From Verrucomicrobiales bacterium (lineage in GTDB: Bacteria; Verrucomicrobiota; Verrucomicrobiia; Limisphaerales; UBA1100): a stretch of 64,000 nt of DNA. The first letter of the stretch is position 1; each line of letters opens with the position of its first letter. The DNA is taken from assembly GCA_038145765.1 (NCBI GenBank), contig JAYQQG010000003.1, positions 8,485 through 72,484 of the forward strand, given 5' to 3'. Below the pieces are notes generated by a model, which did not search any database, was not told where the DNA came from, and worked only from the letters and a program-made list of their open reading frames with translations. This document shows, in pieces, positions 55,361 through 62,334 of the stretch. The position numbers and the translations under genes are program-made.

Positions 55361-55606
55361 TTACACGCCCAACACGGCGAACACCTCGTTGCGGGTGAGT
55401 TTGCGGGCCGGCTTGGTCCCGTGCCTTGCCTTGAGATTGGGGCCTTTTTTGCAGCGACCGAGACAACCGCATTTCTCGACTTTAATCGGAGCGCCAGCAG
55501 CTGCAAGGGCCTTGAGTCGAGCGTGCAAGTCCCGCCCTCCGCGCTTCCAGCATTTGCCGGAAGCACATATCTTATACACGGTTTGGCGGTCCGATTTCTT
55601 GGGCAT
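55361..55606 (-). CDS. Thioredoxin-like [2Fe-2S] ferredoxin domain protein
   Basis: 81 aa with the Cys pattern 'ICASGKC ... CGCLGRCKKGPN', typical of COG3411-type ferredoxins. Confidence 0.65.
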   Translation of the reverse strand: MPKKSDRQTVYKICASGKCWKRGGRDLHARLKALAAAGAPIKVEKCGCLGRCKKGPNLKARHGTKPARKLTRNEVFAVLGV

Positions 55607-55695
55607 GGCGAGATGATATTGAGACGCAGTCGCAAGTCAACGTAGAAATCCAACTTTTTTTTTGTGCGTTTTTTTGCGTCAAAATGGTTTCATAA

Positions 55696-55712
55696 TGCGT
55701 GAAAACCACCCA
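55696..55712 (+). promoter_or_regulatory. Candidate enhancer (UAS) element upstream of paralog A
   Basis: TGCGTGAAAACCACCCA lies 98 nt upstream of the -24 element. Two more TGCGT copies are at 55665 and 55675. Confidence 0.35.
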
Positions 55713-55793
55713 ATAATTAGAATGATTAAGGTTTAGAGTGGGTGTTTCATCGGGTTTTAATGATTTTTTTCAAATAAATGGCGTGTTTTCATT

Positions 55794-55809
55794 TGGTATC
55801 ATTTCTGCT
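55794..55809 (+). promoter_or_regulatory. -24/-12 (sigma-54 type) promoter candidate for paralog A (weakest of the four)
   Basis: TGGTATCATTTCTGCT compared with TGGCACG-N4-TTGCW. GG and GC are correctly spaced. It ends 68 nt before the ATG. Confidence 0.45.
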
Positions 55810-55876
55810 ATCGATCGCATGGCTGGCGTGTCAACGGCGCCATAAAACTCATAAACAGAGCAAAAAAGAAAAAATA

Positions 55877-56827
55877 ATGAAAAACCAAAAAGGATTCACC
55901 CTTATCGAGCTGCTGGTCGTGATTGCGATTATTGGTATTCTCGCGAGCATGTTGCTCCCCACCCTTGCCAAGGCCAAGAAAAAGGCGAACCGTATGAAGT
56001 GCTCCAATCAAGTGGGGCAAGTTTCCAAGGCGCTCTTAGGTTACGCAAACACCAACGAGGGGCGGCTGCCCTGGCTGCAAACGCCTGAGGACGGGAATTT
56101 TAAATGCAAAGAGATGATGGATGCGATGCCGGGTGTGACCAATTTTGAATCGGCGCGGTATTATCGTCTCATGGATCCTCGTTTCTTGTTTTTGGATGCG
56201 GAATTACGCTCGGACTTGGGCACCTCCAAGGCATTGTTCTCCCCTTCCGATCCCCGCTGCAAGCGGACCAATGATCAGGATGTTTCCGGCGGGGCCCTCA
56301 ATGGTTGGGGCAGGCATACATGGAACAAAAGCGGTAACCGCGGTAAATACGTACATTCAAAGGGCTTGAGCTACGGCGTGCACCATGGCGGGGACGCAGA
56401 TAAGCCGGAGACCTTTATTACATTCACCCGGAACGTGATTGGACGGAACCGGATTGACAACCATATGGGGAACGGATTGACCAGCAAATTGAAGGACGCG
56501 GATGGTAAGAGCGGTGAAAACGCCAATGGCAAAATGGCGCGTCGGATGTATCTGGAGGATTCCTACTTTGTAGGACCTACCACTGCAGGCAAATGGAAAG
56601 AATGGGGCCATAAGAATCCCCCCACGGATGCCGGGAACAATCGCAACCTTAAAGAGATTGCCATGTCAGGCTTGGATGAAGGCCAAGGCAACTATTCCTT
56701 GGCGGATGGTAGTGTGAAACAGGCCAGCGATGCGGATTTCCAAGCCCAATACAAATCCGCCAAAGATGCGACCGGAGGCGCAGGCAATGCATTCTCCCAA
56801 AGCGTGAGTCGCCCAGGGTTCTTTTAG
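55877..56827 (+). CDS. Prepilin-type N-terminal cleavage/methylation domain protein, divergent H-X9-DG-like family (paralog A)
   Basis: 'MKNQKGFTLIELLVVIAIIGILASMLLPTLAKAKKKANRMKC', 'SPSDPRCKRTNDQDV', 'MSGLDEGQGNYSLADGSVKQ', and C-terminal 'RPGFF'. Confidence 0.8.
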   Translation: MKNQKGFTLIELLVVIAIIGILASMLLPTLAKAKKKANRMKCSNQVGQVSKALLGYANTNEGRLPWLQTPEDGNFKCKEMMDAMPGVTNFESARYYRLMDPRFLFLDAELRSDLGTSKALFSPSDPRCKRTNDQDVSGGALNGWGRHTWNKSGNRGKYVHSKGLSYGVHHGGDADKPETFITFTRNVIGRNRIDNHMGNGLTSKLKDADGKSGENANGKMARRMYLEDSYFVGPTTAGKWKEWGHKNPPTDAGNNRNLKEIAMSGLDEGQGNYSLADGSVKQASDADFQAQYKSAKDATGGAGNAFSQSVSRPGFF

Positions 56828-56850
56828 TGCTATGAATTAAGTAACAGAAA

Positions 56851-56876
56851 GCGCCCGCTTATGCGGGCGTTTTTTT
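56851..56876 (+). terminator. Intrinsic terminator of paralog A
   Basis: CGCCCGC-TTAT-GCGGGCG followed by T7. Confidence 0.75.
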
Positions 56877-56884
56877 GTGCAGTC

Positions 56885-56910
56885 AAAAAAAAGACCCCTT
56901 AGGGGGTCTT
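56885..56910 (-). terminator. Intrinsic terminator of acidic lipoprotein 1 (convergent)
   Basis: On the minus strand: AGACCCC-CTAA-GGGGTCT followed by T8. Confidence 0.7.
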
Positions 56911-56935
56911 AAAACACAATCGATCGGGGGCGATT

Positions 56936-57109
56936 TTATTCGCCCTCGCCTTCGGTTGAACCGGTTCCCTCGGGGGCTTCGGTTACTTCCTCCTCTTCGT
57001 CGGCCGGGGGGGGAGTGTCGTCGCCCGTTTCTGCGTTGCCGCATCCGACGAACAAGCCCAGCATTGCGGTGAGTCCAAGAATAGAGGTGAATTCAATGAG
57101 TTGCTTCAT
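56936..57109 (-). CDS. Small acidic putative lipoprotein (paralog 1)
   Basis: 'MKQLIEFTSILGLTAMLGLFVGC' is a signal with a lipobox-like Cys. The mature ~35 aa is Asp/Glu/Gly/Pro-rich and contains 'GDDTPPPADE'. Confidence 0.6.
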   Translation of the reverse strand: MKQLIEFTSILGLTAMLGLFVGCGNAETGDDTPPPADEEEEVTEAPEGTGSTEGEGE

Positions 57110-57174
57110 AGATTGATCTTTCGGGCGGGATCCTATGCCGCAGGCAGGCATGAAGCAACTAGTTAGTGTTAGGC

Positions 57175-57372
57175 TTACACAGTGGCGAGGATTTCGTCCC
57201 GTCGCTGGCGGGCTTCCTCCACATTACGGGTGCCCAAGCTCTTGCGCACCCGACGCTTGGTGAAGTCAGGCATGTGCAGAGTGTAGTGCAGCCACCATGT
57301 GCCGTGGTTGTTCCACAGGTGATGGTCCGGGTTCTTCTGGTTGACACGGACAGATAGGGTCATGTTGGTCAT
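57175..57372 (-). CDS. 65-aa ORF resembling the N-terminus of a tyrosine recombinase/integrase (possible remnant)
   Basis: 'NPDHHLWNNHGTWWLHYTLH...KRRVRKSLGTRNVEEARQRRDEIL' recalls integrase N-terminal arm/SAM-like regions. No catalytic domain follows; stops in several frames come immediately after. Confidence 0.35.
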   Translation of the reverse strand: MTNMTLSVRVNQKNPDHHLWNNHGTWWLHYTLHMPDFTKRRVRKSLGTRNVEEARQRRDEILATV

Positions 57373-57880
57373 TAGCTTACGTTTATCGCTGTTCGTTAAA
57401 CGCCTCAGGTCTCTGAAAACAAAACGCCACTGTACTGTCAGGCATCAGTGACGGGTCGCTCTCGCGGAGTTTTGTTCAAGGCCGGTTGGCCCCGCACATC
57501 GGTTGGTGAAACACTCACCTTCCAAGGCACCTTGGCTTTGCTCCGTTGCCAGGTTGCCAGACCCTTCGCGGGTCGTTCCTGATGCGGTTCGAACACAACA
57601 CATCGAGCTGCTATCAACAAGGATCTCTTTTGTCATAAATATTTCGACTAACCTGATCACCTTACTCATGCAAAATGCAACGCCGCGATGCAGATCCCGG
57701 CCAGGGCAATGACGCTGCAGGTGGCGTAAAAGAAGGAGCGATCCAGGGGTGTCGTTTCGTCGTTCATGTTACAGGGTTGCTTCGTTAGACAGAGTCTGGT
57801 GAGGAAGCGATACGGAAAAATCGTTTTGTCTCAGAAAAGTTTTTTTCGCCTCCGCTTACGCCAGCTGATACAAAGCCGGT

Positions 57881-58501
57881 ATGCAACGCATCCTATGGGT
57901 CACCCTGTTGATCGCGACCGTGCTGACGGTGCGCGCGGAGAAACCGGCACAAATTTTTGACGGCAAAACGTTCAAGGGCTGGGAAGGCAACTTGAACTAT
58001 TTCCGGATTGAGCAAGGTGCCGTGGTTGGCGGCAACCTGAAAACCAAAATTCCCAACAACGAATTCCTTTGCACCCAAAAGACGTACAAAAACTTCATCC
58101 TCAAGCTGGACGTCAAACTGGTGGGCGGCCCCACGGCCAATGCGGGCATACAGATCCGCACCAAACGCATCCCGAATCATCACGAGGTGATTGGGTATCA
58201 GGCGGACATGGGTCAGGGCTGGTGGGGTTGTCTCTATGATGAATCGCGCCGGCGCACGATGTTGGCCAAGCCCAAGCCGGGCGTGATCGACAAGATTCTC
58301 AAGAAGAATGATTGGAACCACTACGAGATTCGTTGTGAAGGCCCGCGCATCCGCCTCTATCTGAACGGCACACAGACAATCGATTACACCGAGGCCGATC
58401 CAAAGATCCCGCTGGACGGTGTGATCGCCCTTCAAATCCACAGCGGTCCCCCCACCGAGGCGTGGTACCGGAACATTCAAATAGTCGCACTGCCCGACTA
58501 A
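57881..58501 (+). CDS. DUF1080 (3-keto-disaccharide hydrolase-like, concanavalin-type) domain protein, secreted
   Basis: Signal peptide; 'FDGKTFKGWEG', 'NAGIQIR', 'GYQADM', 'WNHYEIRCEGPRIRLYLNG' and 'IALQIH' motifs. Confidence 0.8.
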   Translation: MQRILWVTLLIATVLTVRAEKPAQIFDGKTFKGWEGNLNYFRIEQGAVVGGNLKTKIPNNEFLCTQKTYKNFILKLDVKLVGGPTANAGIQIRTKRIPNHHEVIGYQADMGQGWWGCLYDESRRRTMLAKPKPGVIDKILKKNDWNHYEIRCEGPRIRLYLNGTQTIDYTEADPKIPLDGVIALQIHSGPPTEAWYRNIQIVALPD

Positions 58502-58534
58502 AGTGACGATTGTTGAAATCCAGAAATGGAGGGG

Positions 58535-58551
58535 GGCGTGAAAAAAACGCC
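58535..58551 (+). promoter_or_regulatory. Candidate enhancer (UAS) element upstream of paralog B
   Basis: GGCGTGAAAAAAACGCC (inverted repeat GGCGT/ACGCC) lies 109 nt upstream of the -24 element. An additional ACGCA lies about 25 nt further downstream. Confidence 0.35.
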
Positions 58552-58643
58552 GAAGAGGCTCACAATTCACGCAAAATCGAGTTCCGGCCAATGACGCCAC
58601 CCCTTTAAACGCTGGTTTCGGCCGTTGAAAACAAGCTTTCTGT

Positions 58644-58659
58644 TGGCACGAAATCTGCG
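58644..58659 (+). promoter_or_regulatory. -24/-12 (sigma-54 type) promoter candidate for paralog B
   Basis: TGGCACGAAATCTGCG ends 59 nt before the ATG. Confidence 0.6.
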
Positions 58660-58717
58660 CTAAATCACCTCCTGACTGGTGGATGCGTCCATCAAAAACC
58701 AAACCAACAACGAAAAT

Positions 58718-59611
58718 ATGAAAACTCAAAAAGGATTCACCCTCATCGAGTTGCTGGTCGTGATAGCCATTATTGGTATTCTTGCGAGCATGCTGCTCCC
58801 CACCCTTGCCAAGGCCAAGAAAAAGGCGAACCGGCTCAAATGCTCAGCTCAAGTCGGCCAAGTGGCCAAGGCGTTGATCGGGTTTGCCAACGACGCCGAT
58901 GAATGCATGCCCTGGTATCAAACCTACGAGGATTCCCGATTCTTTTGGAATGAAGTCCTCCATGAAACAGCTGCGGCAACCGAAAATGCCAACATGGATC
59001 ACTACCCCATTGACCCGCGTTTTCTATTCCTCGCCCCCAGCATTCGTGGCGATTTAGGTTCTGCCAAGTCACTGCAATCCCCATCCGATCCCCGTACCAA
59101 ACGGACCAATGATCAGGATGTTTCCCAAGGCAAATTGAACGGGTTTGCCCGGCAGCATTGGTATGGTGGCCGCTATTACTGCCATCAAAAAGGATTCACC
59201 TACGGCGTCCATCGCGGCGGCGATGCCCTCAAGGGCGGCACCATGCTTGTGATTACCCGCAACCTCGGTGGCGTGAACAAGCATAACGGAGATGGCCAGG
59301 TGAACAACGGCGGCTGGAACCGTATTCACCGAACCCTCACCGCCGCCAACGCCACTTGGTACGGCGCCAGCACGACCGGAAAGTGGAAAGAATGGGGCTG
59401 GGACGGCAGCCTCACGGGCAACGGCGACCGTAATGTGAACGAGCTGACCATGTCGGGCTTGGACGAAGGCCAAGGCAACTATGCGTTGTCGGATGGCAGC
59501 ACCAAGCAGGCCGATGACGCCACCTTGCAAGCCGAGCTGAAGACTCACAGCGAACAAACCGGCGGCAAAGCCGAAGTCCATGATGTGATCTCCCGGCCCG
59601 GTTTCTGGTAG
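58718..59611 (+). CDS. Prepilin-type N-terminal domain protein, divergent H-X9-DG-like family (paralog B)
   Basis: 'MKTQKGFTLIELLVVIAIIGILASMLLPTLAKAKKKANRLKC', 'SPSDPRTKRTNDQDV', 'MSGLDEGQGNYALSDGSTKQ', and C-terminal 'RPGFW'. Confidence 0.8.
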   Translation: MKTQKGFTLIELLVVIAIIGILASMLLPTLAKAKKKANRLKCSAQVGQVAKALIGFANDADECMPWYQTYEDSRFFWNEVLHETAAATENANMDHYPIDPRFLFLAPSIRGDLGSAKSLQSPSDPRTKRTNDQDVSQGKLNGFARQHWYGGRYYCHQKGFTYGVHRGGDALKGGTMLVITRNLGGVNKHNGDGQVNNGGWNRIHRTLTAANATWYGASTTGKWKEWGWDGSLTGNGDRNVNELTMSGLDEGQGNYALSDGSTKQADDATLQAELKTHSEQTGGKAEVHDVISRPGFW

Positions 59612-59638
59612 ATCGTCCAGCATCAATCGAAGAATCAA

Positions 59639-59664
59639 ACGCCCGTGAACACGGGCGTTTTTTT
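59639..59664 (+). terminator. Intrinsic terminator of paralog B
   Basis: ACGCCCGTG-AAC-ACGGGCGT followed by T7. Confidence 0.75.
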
Positions 59665-59713
59665 GTGGCCCCCTGAGCAAAACCGACCCAACCCTTGCCA
59701 GACTCCATATCCA

Positions 59714-59738
59714 CAAAAAAAGGCCCCCGTGGGGGCCT
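59714..59738 (-). terminator. Intrinsic terminator of acidic lipoprotein 2 (convergent)
   Basis: On the minus strand: AGGCCCCC-AC-GGGGGCCT followed by T8. Confidence 0.7.
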
Positions 59739-59764
59739 GTGTTTGAAATTAATGGTTCAGCGGA

Positions 59765-59947
59765 TTATTCGCCGGAGCCACCTTCTTCGGTGGTCCCGCC
59801 TTCACCCGCGCCACCGCCATCATAGGGCTCATCCGCGGGCGGCGGAGTGTCATCACCGGCGTCATCGGCACCACCACCGCAGCCGATGGTGAGACCCAAG
59901 AAGGAAGCCAAGCCCAAGATGGGGAACAATTTCAGGAGTTCTTTCAT
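59765..59947 (-). CDS. Small acidic putative lipoprotein (paralog 2)
   Basis: 'MKELLKLFPILGLASFLGLTIGC' followed by a Gly/Asp/Glu-rich tail containing the same 'GDDTPPPADE' block as paralog 1. Confidence 0.6.
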   Translation of the reverse strand: MKELLKLFPILGLASFLGLTIGCGGGADDAGDDTPPPADEPYDGGGAGEGGTTEEGGSGE

Positions 59948-60104
59948 AATGATTTTTTTGGTTACGGCTTTCAACGCCGACAACGGCTTGTGCCAAAAAA
60001 AAGGCCCGATTCAAAGATTTTTCTGCAAAAAATACCCAAACCTCACGTCCGGCCAGATCAAAAATTCGATTTTTTTTATATTGTAAAACCAAAACCGGAA
60101 ATTA

Positions 60105-60121
60105 AGCGTGAAATCTGCGCA
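60105..60121 (+). promoter_or_regulatory. Candidate enhancer (UAS) element upstream of paralog C (shared divergent region with lipoprotein 2)
   Basis: AGCGTGAAATCTGCGCA lies 96 nt upstream of the -24 element of C and about 110 nt from a weak TGGCAC element on the opposite strand. Confidence 0.35.
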
Positions 60122-60200
60122 AAAATGTGGGTTTTCATCCATGAAAGAAAAATACACACCAAAAAACACCGAATATGGGTCATTTTTGTGATGAAATCGA

Positions 60201-60216
60201 TGGCACGAAGCATGCT
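60201..60216 (+). promoter_or_regulatory. -24/-12 (sigma-54 type) promoter candidate for paralog C
   Basis: TGGCACGAAGCATGCT ends 63 nt before the ATG. Confidence 0.6.
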
Positions 60217-60278
60217 CATGCTTGGCGTGCTTGAAAAGGCACGTACAACCAAGAATAACCAAGACCATACAACTAACG

Positions 60279-61175
60279 ATGAAAAACAAAGCGTTCACAT
60301 TGATTGAACTGCTGGTCGTGATTGCCATTATTGGGATTTTGGCGAGCATGCTGCTCCCGACACTGGCGAAAGCGAAGAAAAAAGCGAACCGCATGAAATG
60401 CGCCAGCAAAATGGGCGGTGCCCAAAAAGCGCTGTCCGGATTTGCCGGGGACCACGAACAAGCCTTGCCATGGATGATGACTCCCGAGGAGATCGCCTAT
60501 ACCTACGGTGAGCACGTTGAGGAATCCAACCAGCTCAAAGGCCGGAATGAAGACTGGGCCCAATGGAGCGACTCACAGCGTGCCGGCAACGATGGGTTCT
60601 GCAAGCACAACGCAGCGGATATCCGTTACCTGTTCCTCCAGAACACCCTGCGTCAGGATCTGGCCACCTCAGCCAGTCTGCACTCTCCATCCGATCCTCG
60701 CGCCAAACGCACGAGTGATCAGGATGTCCAGAACGGCATCCACAAAGGCTGGGGGAATAGCTGGTGGAAGAGCGCTAGCGTTCATCAGCGTGCGATTAGC
60801 TACGCGGTGCACAAGAGCGGGGACGATCTAAAAGGCTCCGGTTCGATCACCATGCTGACCCGCAATCTCGAAGGCGAAAAAGCCAGTGGCAGCGTGCCCA
60901 ACCAGATGAACAACTGGAGTCACAACTGGGATCCGGCACACCGTGCGATTCGCCCGACTGAGACCTGGGCCGGCCCGAGCAACGACAAGCGTGTGGTGAT
61001 GAGCGGCTTGGACGCAGGCCAAGGCCAAATCGCCTTTGCCGACGGACAAGTGCAGCAAGCCGACGATGCCAGCCTGCAAGCGGCTCAAAAGCGCAACTCC
61101 GAGCTCGAAGGCGGCATCGCTGAGCCCCCGCCCGCCGGTGGCAATCAGCAAATCACCCGCGGCAGCTGGTGGTAG
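60279..61175 (+). CDS. Prepilin-type N-terminal domain protein, divergent H-X9-DG-like family (paralog C; Ala at -1)
   Basis: 'MKNKAFTLIELLVVIAIIGILASMLLPTLAKAKKKANRMKC', 'SPSDPRAKRTSDQDV', 'HKSGDDLKGSGSIT', 'MSGLDAGQGQIAFADGQVQQ', and C-terminal 'RGSWW'. Confidence 0.8.
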   Translation: MKNKAFTLIELLVVIAIIGILASMLLPTLAKAKKKANRMKCASKMGGAQKALSGFAGDHEQALPWMMTPEEIAYTYGEHVEESNQLKGRNEDWAQWSDSQRAGNDGFCKHNAADIRYLFLQNTLRQDLATSASLHSPSDPRAKRTSDQDVQNGIHKGWGNSWWKSASVHQRAISYAVHKSGDDLKGSGSITMLTRNLEGEKASGSVPNQMNNWSHNWDPAHRAIRPTETWAGPSNDKRVVMSGLDAGQGQIAFADGQVQQADDASLQAAQKRNSELEGGIAEPPPAGGNQQITRGSWW

Positions 61176-61203
61176 GACACACGCAAAAATCTGAAAACAC
61201 AAA

Positions 61204-61227
61204 CGCCCCCAATCGGGGGCGTTTTTT
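61204..61227 (+). terminator. Intrinsic terminator of paralog C
   Basis: CGCCCCC-AATC-GGGGGCG followed by T6. Confidence 0.75.
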
Positions 61228-61235
61228 GTTAATCA

Positions 61236-61252
61236 TGCGTGAATTCCACGCA
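61236..61252 (+). promoter_or_regulatory. Candidate enhancer (UAS) element upstream of paralog D
   Basis: Perfect inverted repeat TGCGTG-AATTC-CACGCA, 116 nt upstream of the -24 element. A related TGCGTTTAATTC (minus strand) lies just upstream of the promoter. Confidence 0.4.
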
Positions 61253-61351
61253 ACAGCTTTCGTTTCTTTTTGAAAAGGGGGGGATTATTAATTTTGGGGC
61301 AGCAATATTTTGGGACGGCGTTATCTTTCCGAATTAAACGCATTTTTAAAA

Positions 61352-61367
61352 TGGCACGATTGTTGCG
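61352..61367 (+). promoter_or_regulatory. -24/-12 (sigma-54 type) promoter candidate for paralog D (consensus match)
   Basis: TGGCACGATTGTTGCG matches TGGCACG-N4-TTGC exactly and ends 61 nt before the ATG. Confidence 0.65.
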
Positions 61368-61427
61368 CAAACCACGTCAACTAGGGCCATTGGCTCCTAT
61401 AAAACCAACCGAATAAACGAAAGCAAA

Positions 61428-62309
61428 ATGAAAACGAAAAAAGCATTCACTCTGATCGAATTGCTGGTCGTCATTGCCATTATCGGCATCTTGGCGAGCA
61501 TGCTGCTCCCCACTCTGGCGAAAGCGAAGAAAAAGGCCAATCGCATGAAATGCGCCAGCAAGCTGGGCAACGTGCAAAAGGCGCTGACCGCGTTTGCCGG
61601 CGACCATGAGCAGGCCTATCCGTGGTACCTCACGGCCGAAGACGGCGCGCTCGAGTACAAAATGATTGTGGACGAAGCGGCGACCGCCCACAACCGCCAA
61701 GGCTGGAACCGCAAAACCGCCCAACAACTGGCTGGAGACCGTGGCATGCTGGTGCATATGTGCGGTGACCTGCGCTTCCTTTTCACGCATAACCAAATCC
61801 GGCAGGATCTGGCCAACTCCGCCTCGCTGCATTCCCCGTCGGATCCGCGCAGCAAGCGGACGAGTGATCAGGATGTGCGCGACGGCAAGCTCGGGGGCTG
61901 GGGCCGTTCCTGGTGGAATAGCGCCTATGTGCATCAGCGTGGCATTAGCTATGGACTGCACAAGAGCGGAGACGACCTGAAGGGTTCCGGTTCCATCACC
62001 CTGTTCACACGCAACATCGAGGGCGGAAATCCTTCCGGCAACACGCCCAATCACATGAACAACTGGACGCACAACTGGAGCCCCGTGCACCGTACCCTGC
62101 GGGACGACGAGCAATGGCTCGGGCCAAACGGGGACAAGCGCTACAACATGAGCGGCTTGGATGAAGGCCAAGGCAACATGGCCTTTGCCGATAACTCCGT
62201 GGTTCAGCAGGATCAGGCGCAGTTCACTGCCGCTATTGCCAAGAACAAGACACTGGAAGGCGGTCAGGCGGACGTGGGCAACCAGATCGGCCGCGGTGGC
62301 TGGCACTAA
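61428..62309 (+). CDS. Prepilin-type N-terminal domain protein, divergent H-X9-DG-like family (paralog D; Ala at -1)
   Basis: 'MKTKKAFTLIELLVVIAIIGILASMLLPTLAKAKKKANRMKC', 'SPSDPRSKRTSDQDV', 'HKSGDDLKGSGSIT', 'MSGLDEGQGNMAFADNSVVQ', and C-terminal 'RGGWH'. Confidence 0.8.
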   Translation: MKTKKAFTLIELLVVIAIIGILASMLLPTLAKAKKKANRMKCASKLGNVQKALTAFAGDHEQAYPWYLTAEDGALEYKMIVDEAATAHNRQGWNRKTAQQLAGDRGMLVHMCGDLRFLFTHNQIRQDLANSASLHSPSDPRSKRTSDQDVRDGKLGGWGRSWWNSAYVHQRGISYGLHKSGDDLKGSGSITLFTRNIEGGNPSGNTPNHMNNWTHNWSPVHRTLRDDEQWLGPNGDKRYNMSGLDEGQGNMAFADNSVVQQDQAQFTAAIAKNKTLEGGQADVGNQIGRGGWH

Positions 62310-62334
62310 GGGACTCCACCCCCTTGGAAAACAA

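Noticed and set aside
57586-57594. T-loop-like GGTTCGAAC near the integrase-like fragment, considered as a tRNA or att-site remnant
   Set aside because: I could not build flanking T-stem, acceptor or anticodon pairings, and the sequence does not match the 3' end of the tRNA-Val in the window.
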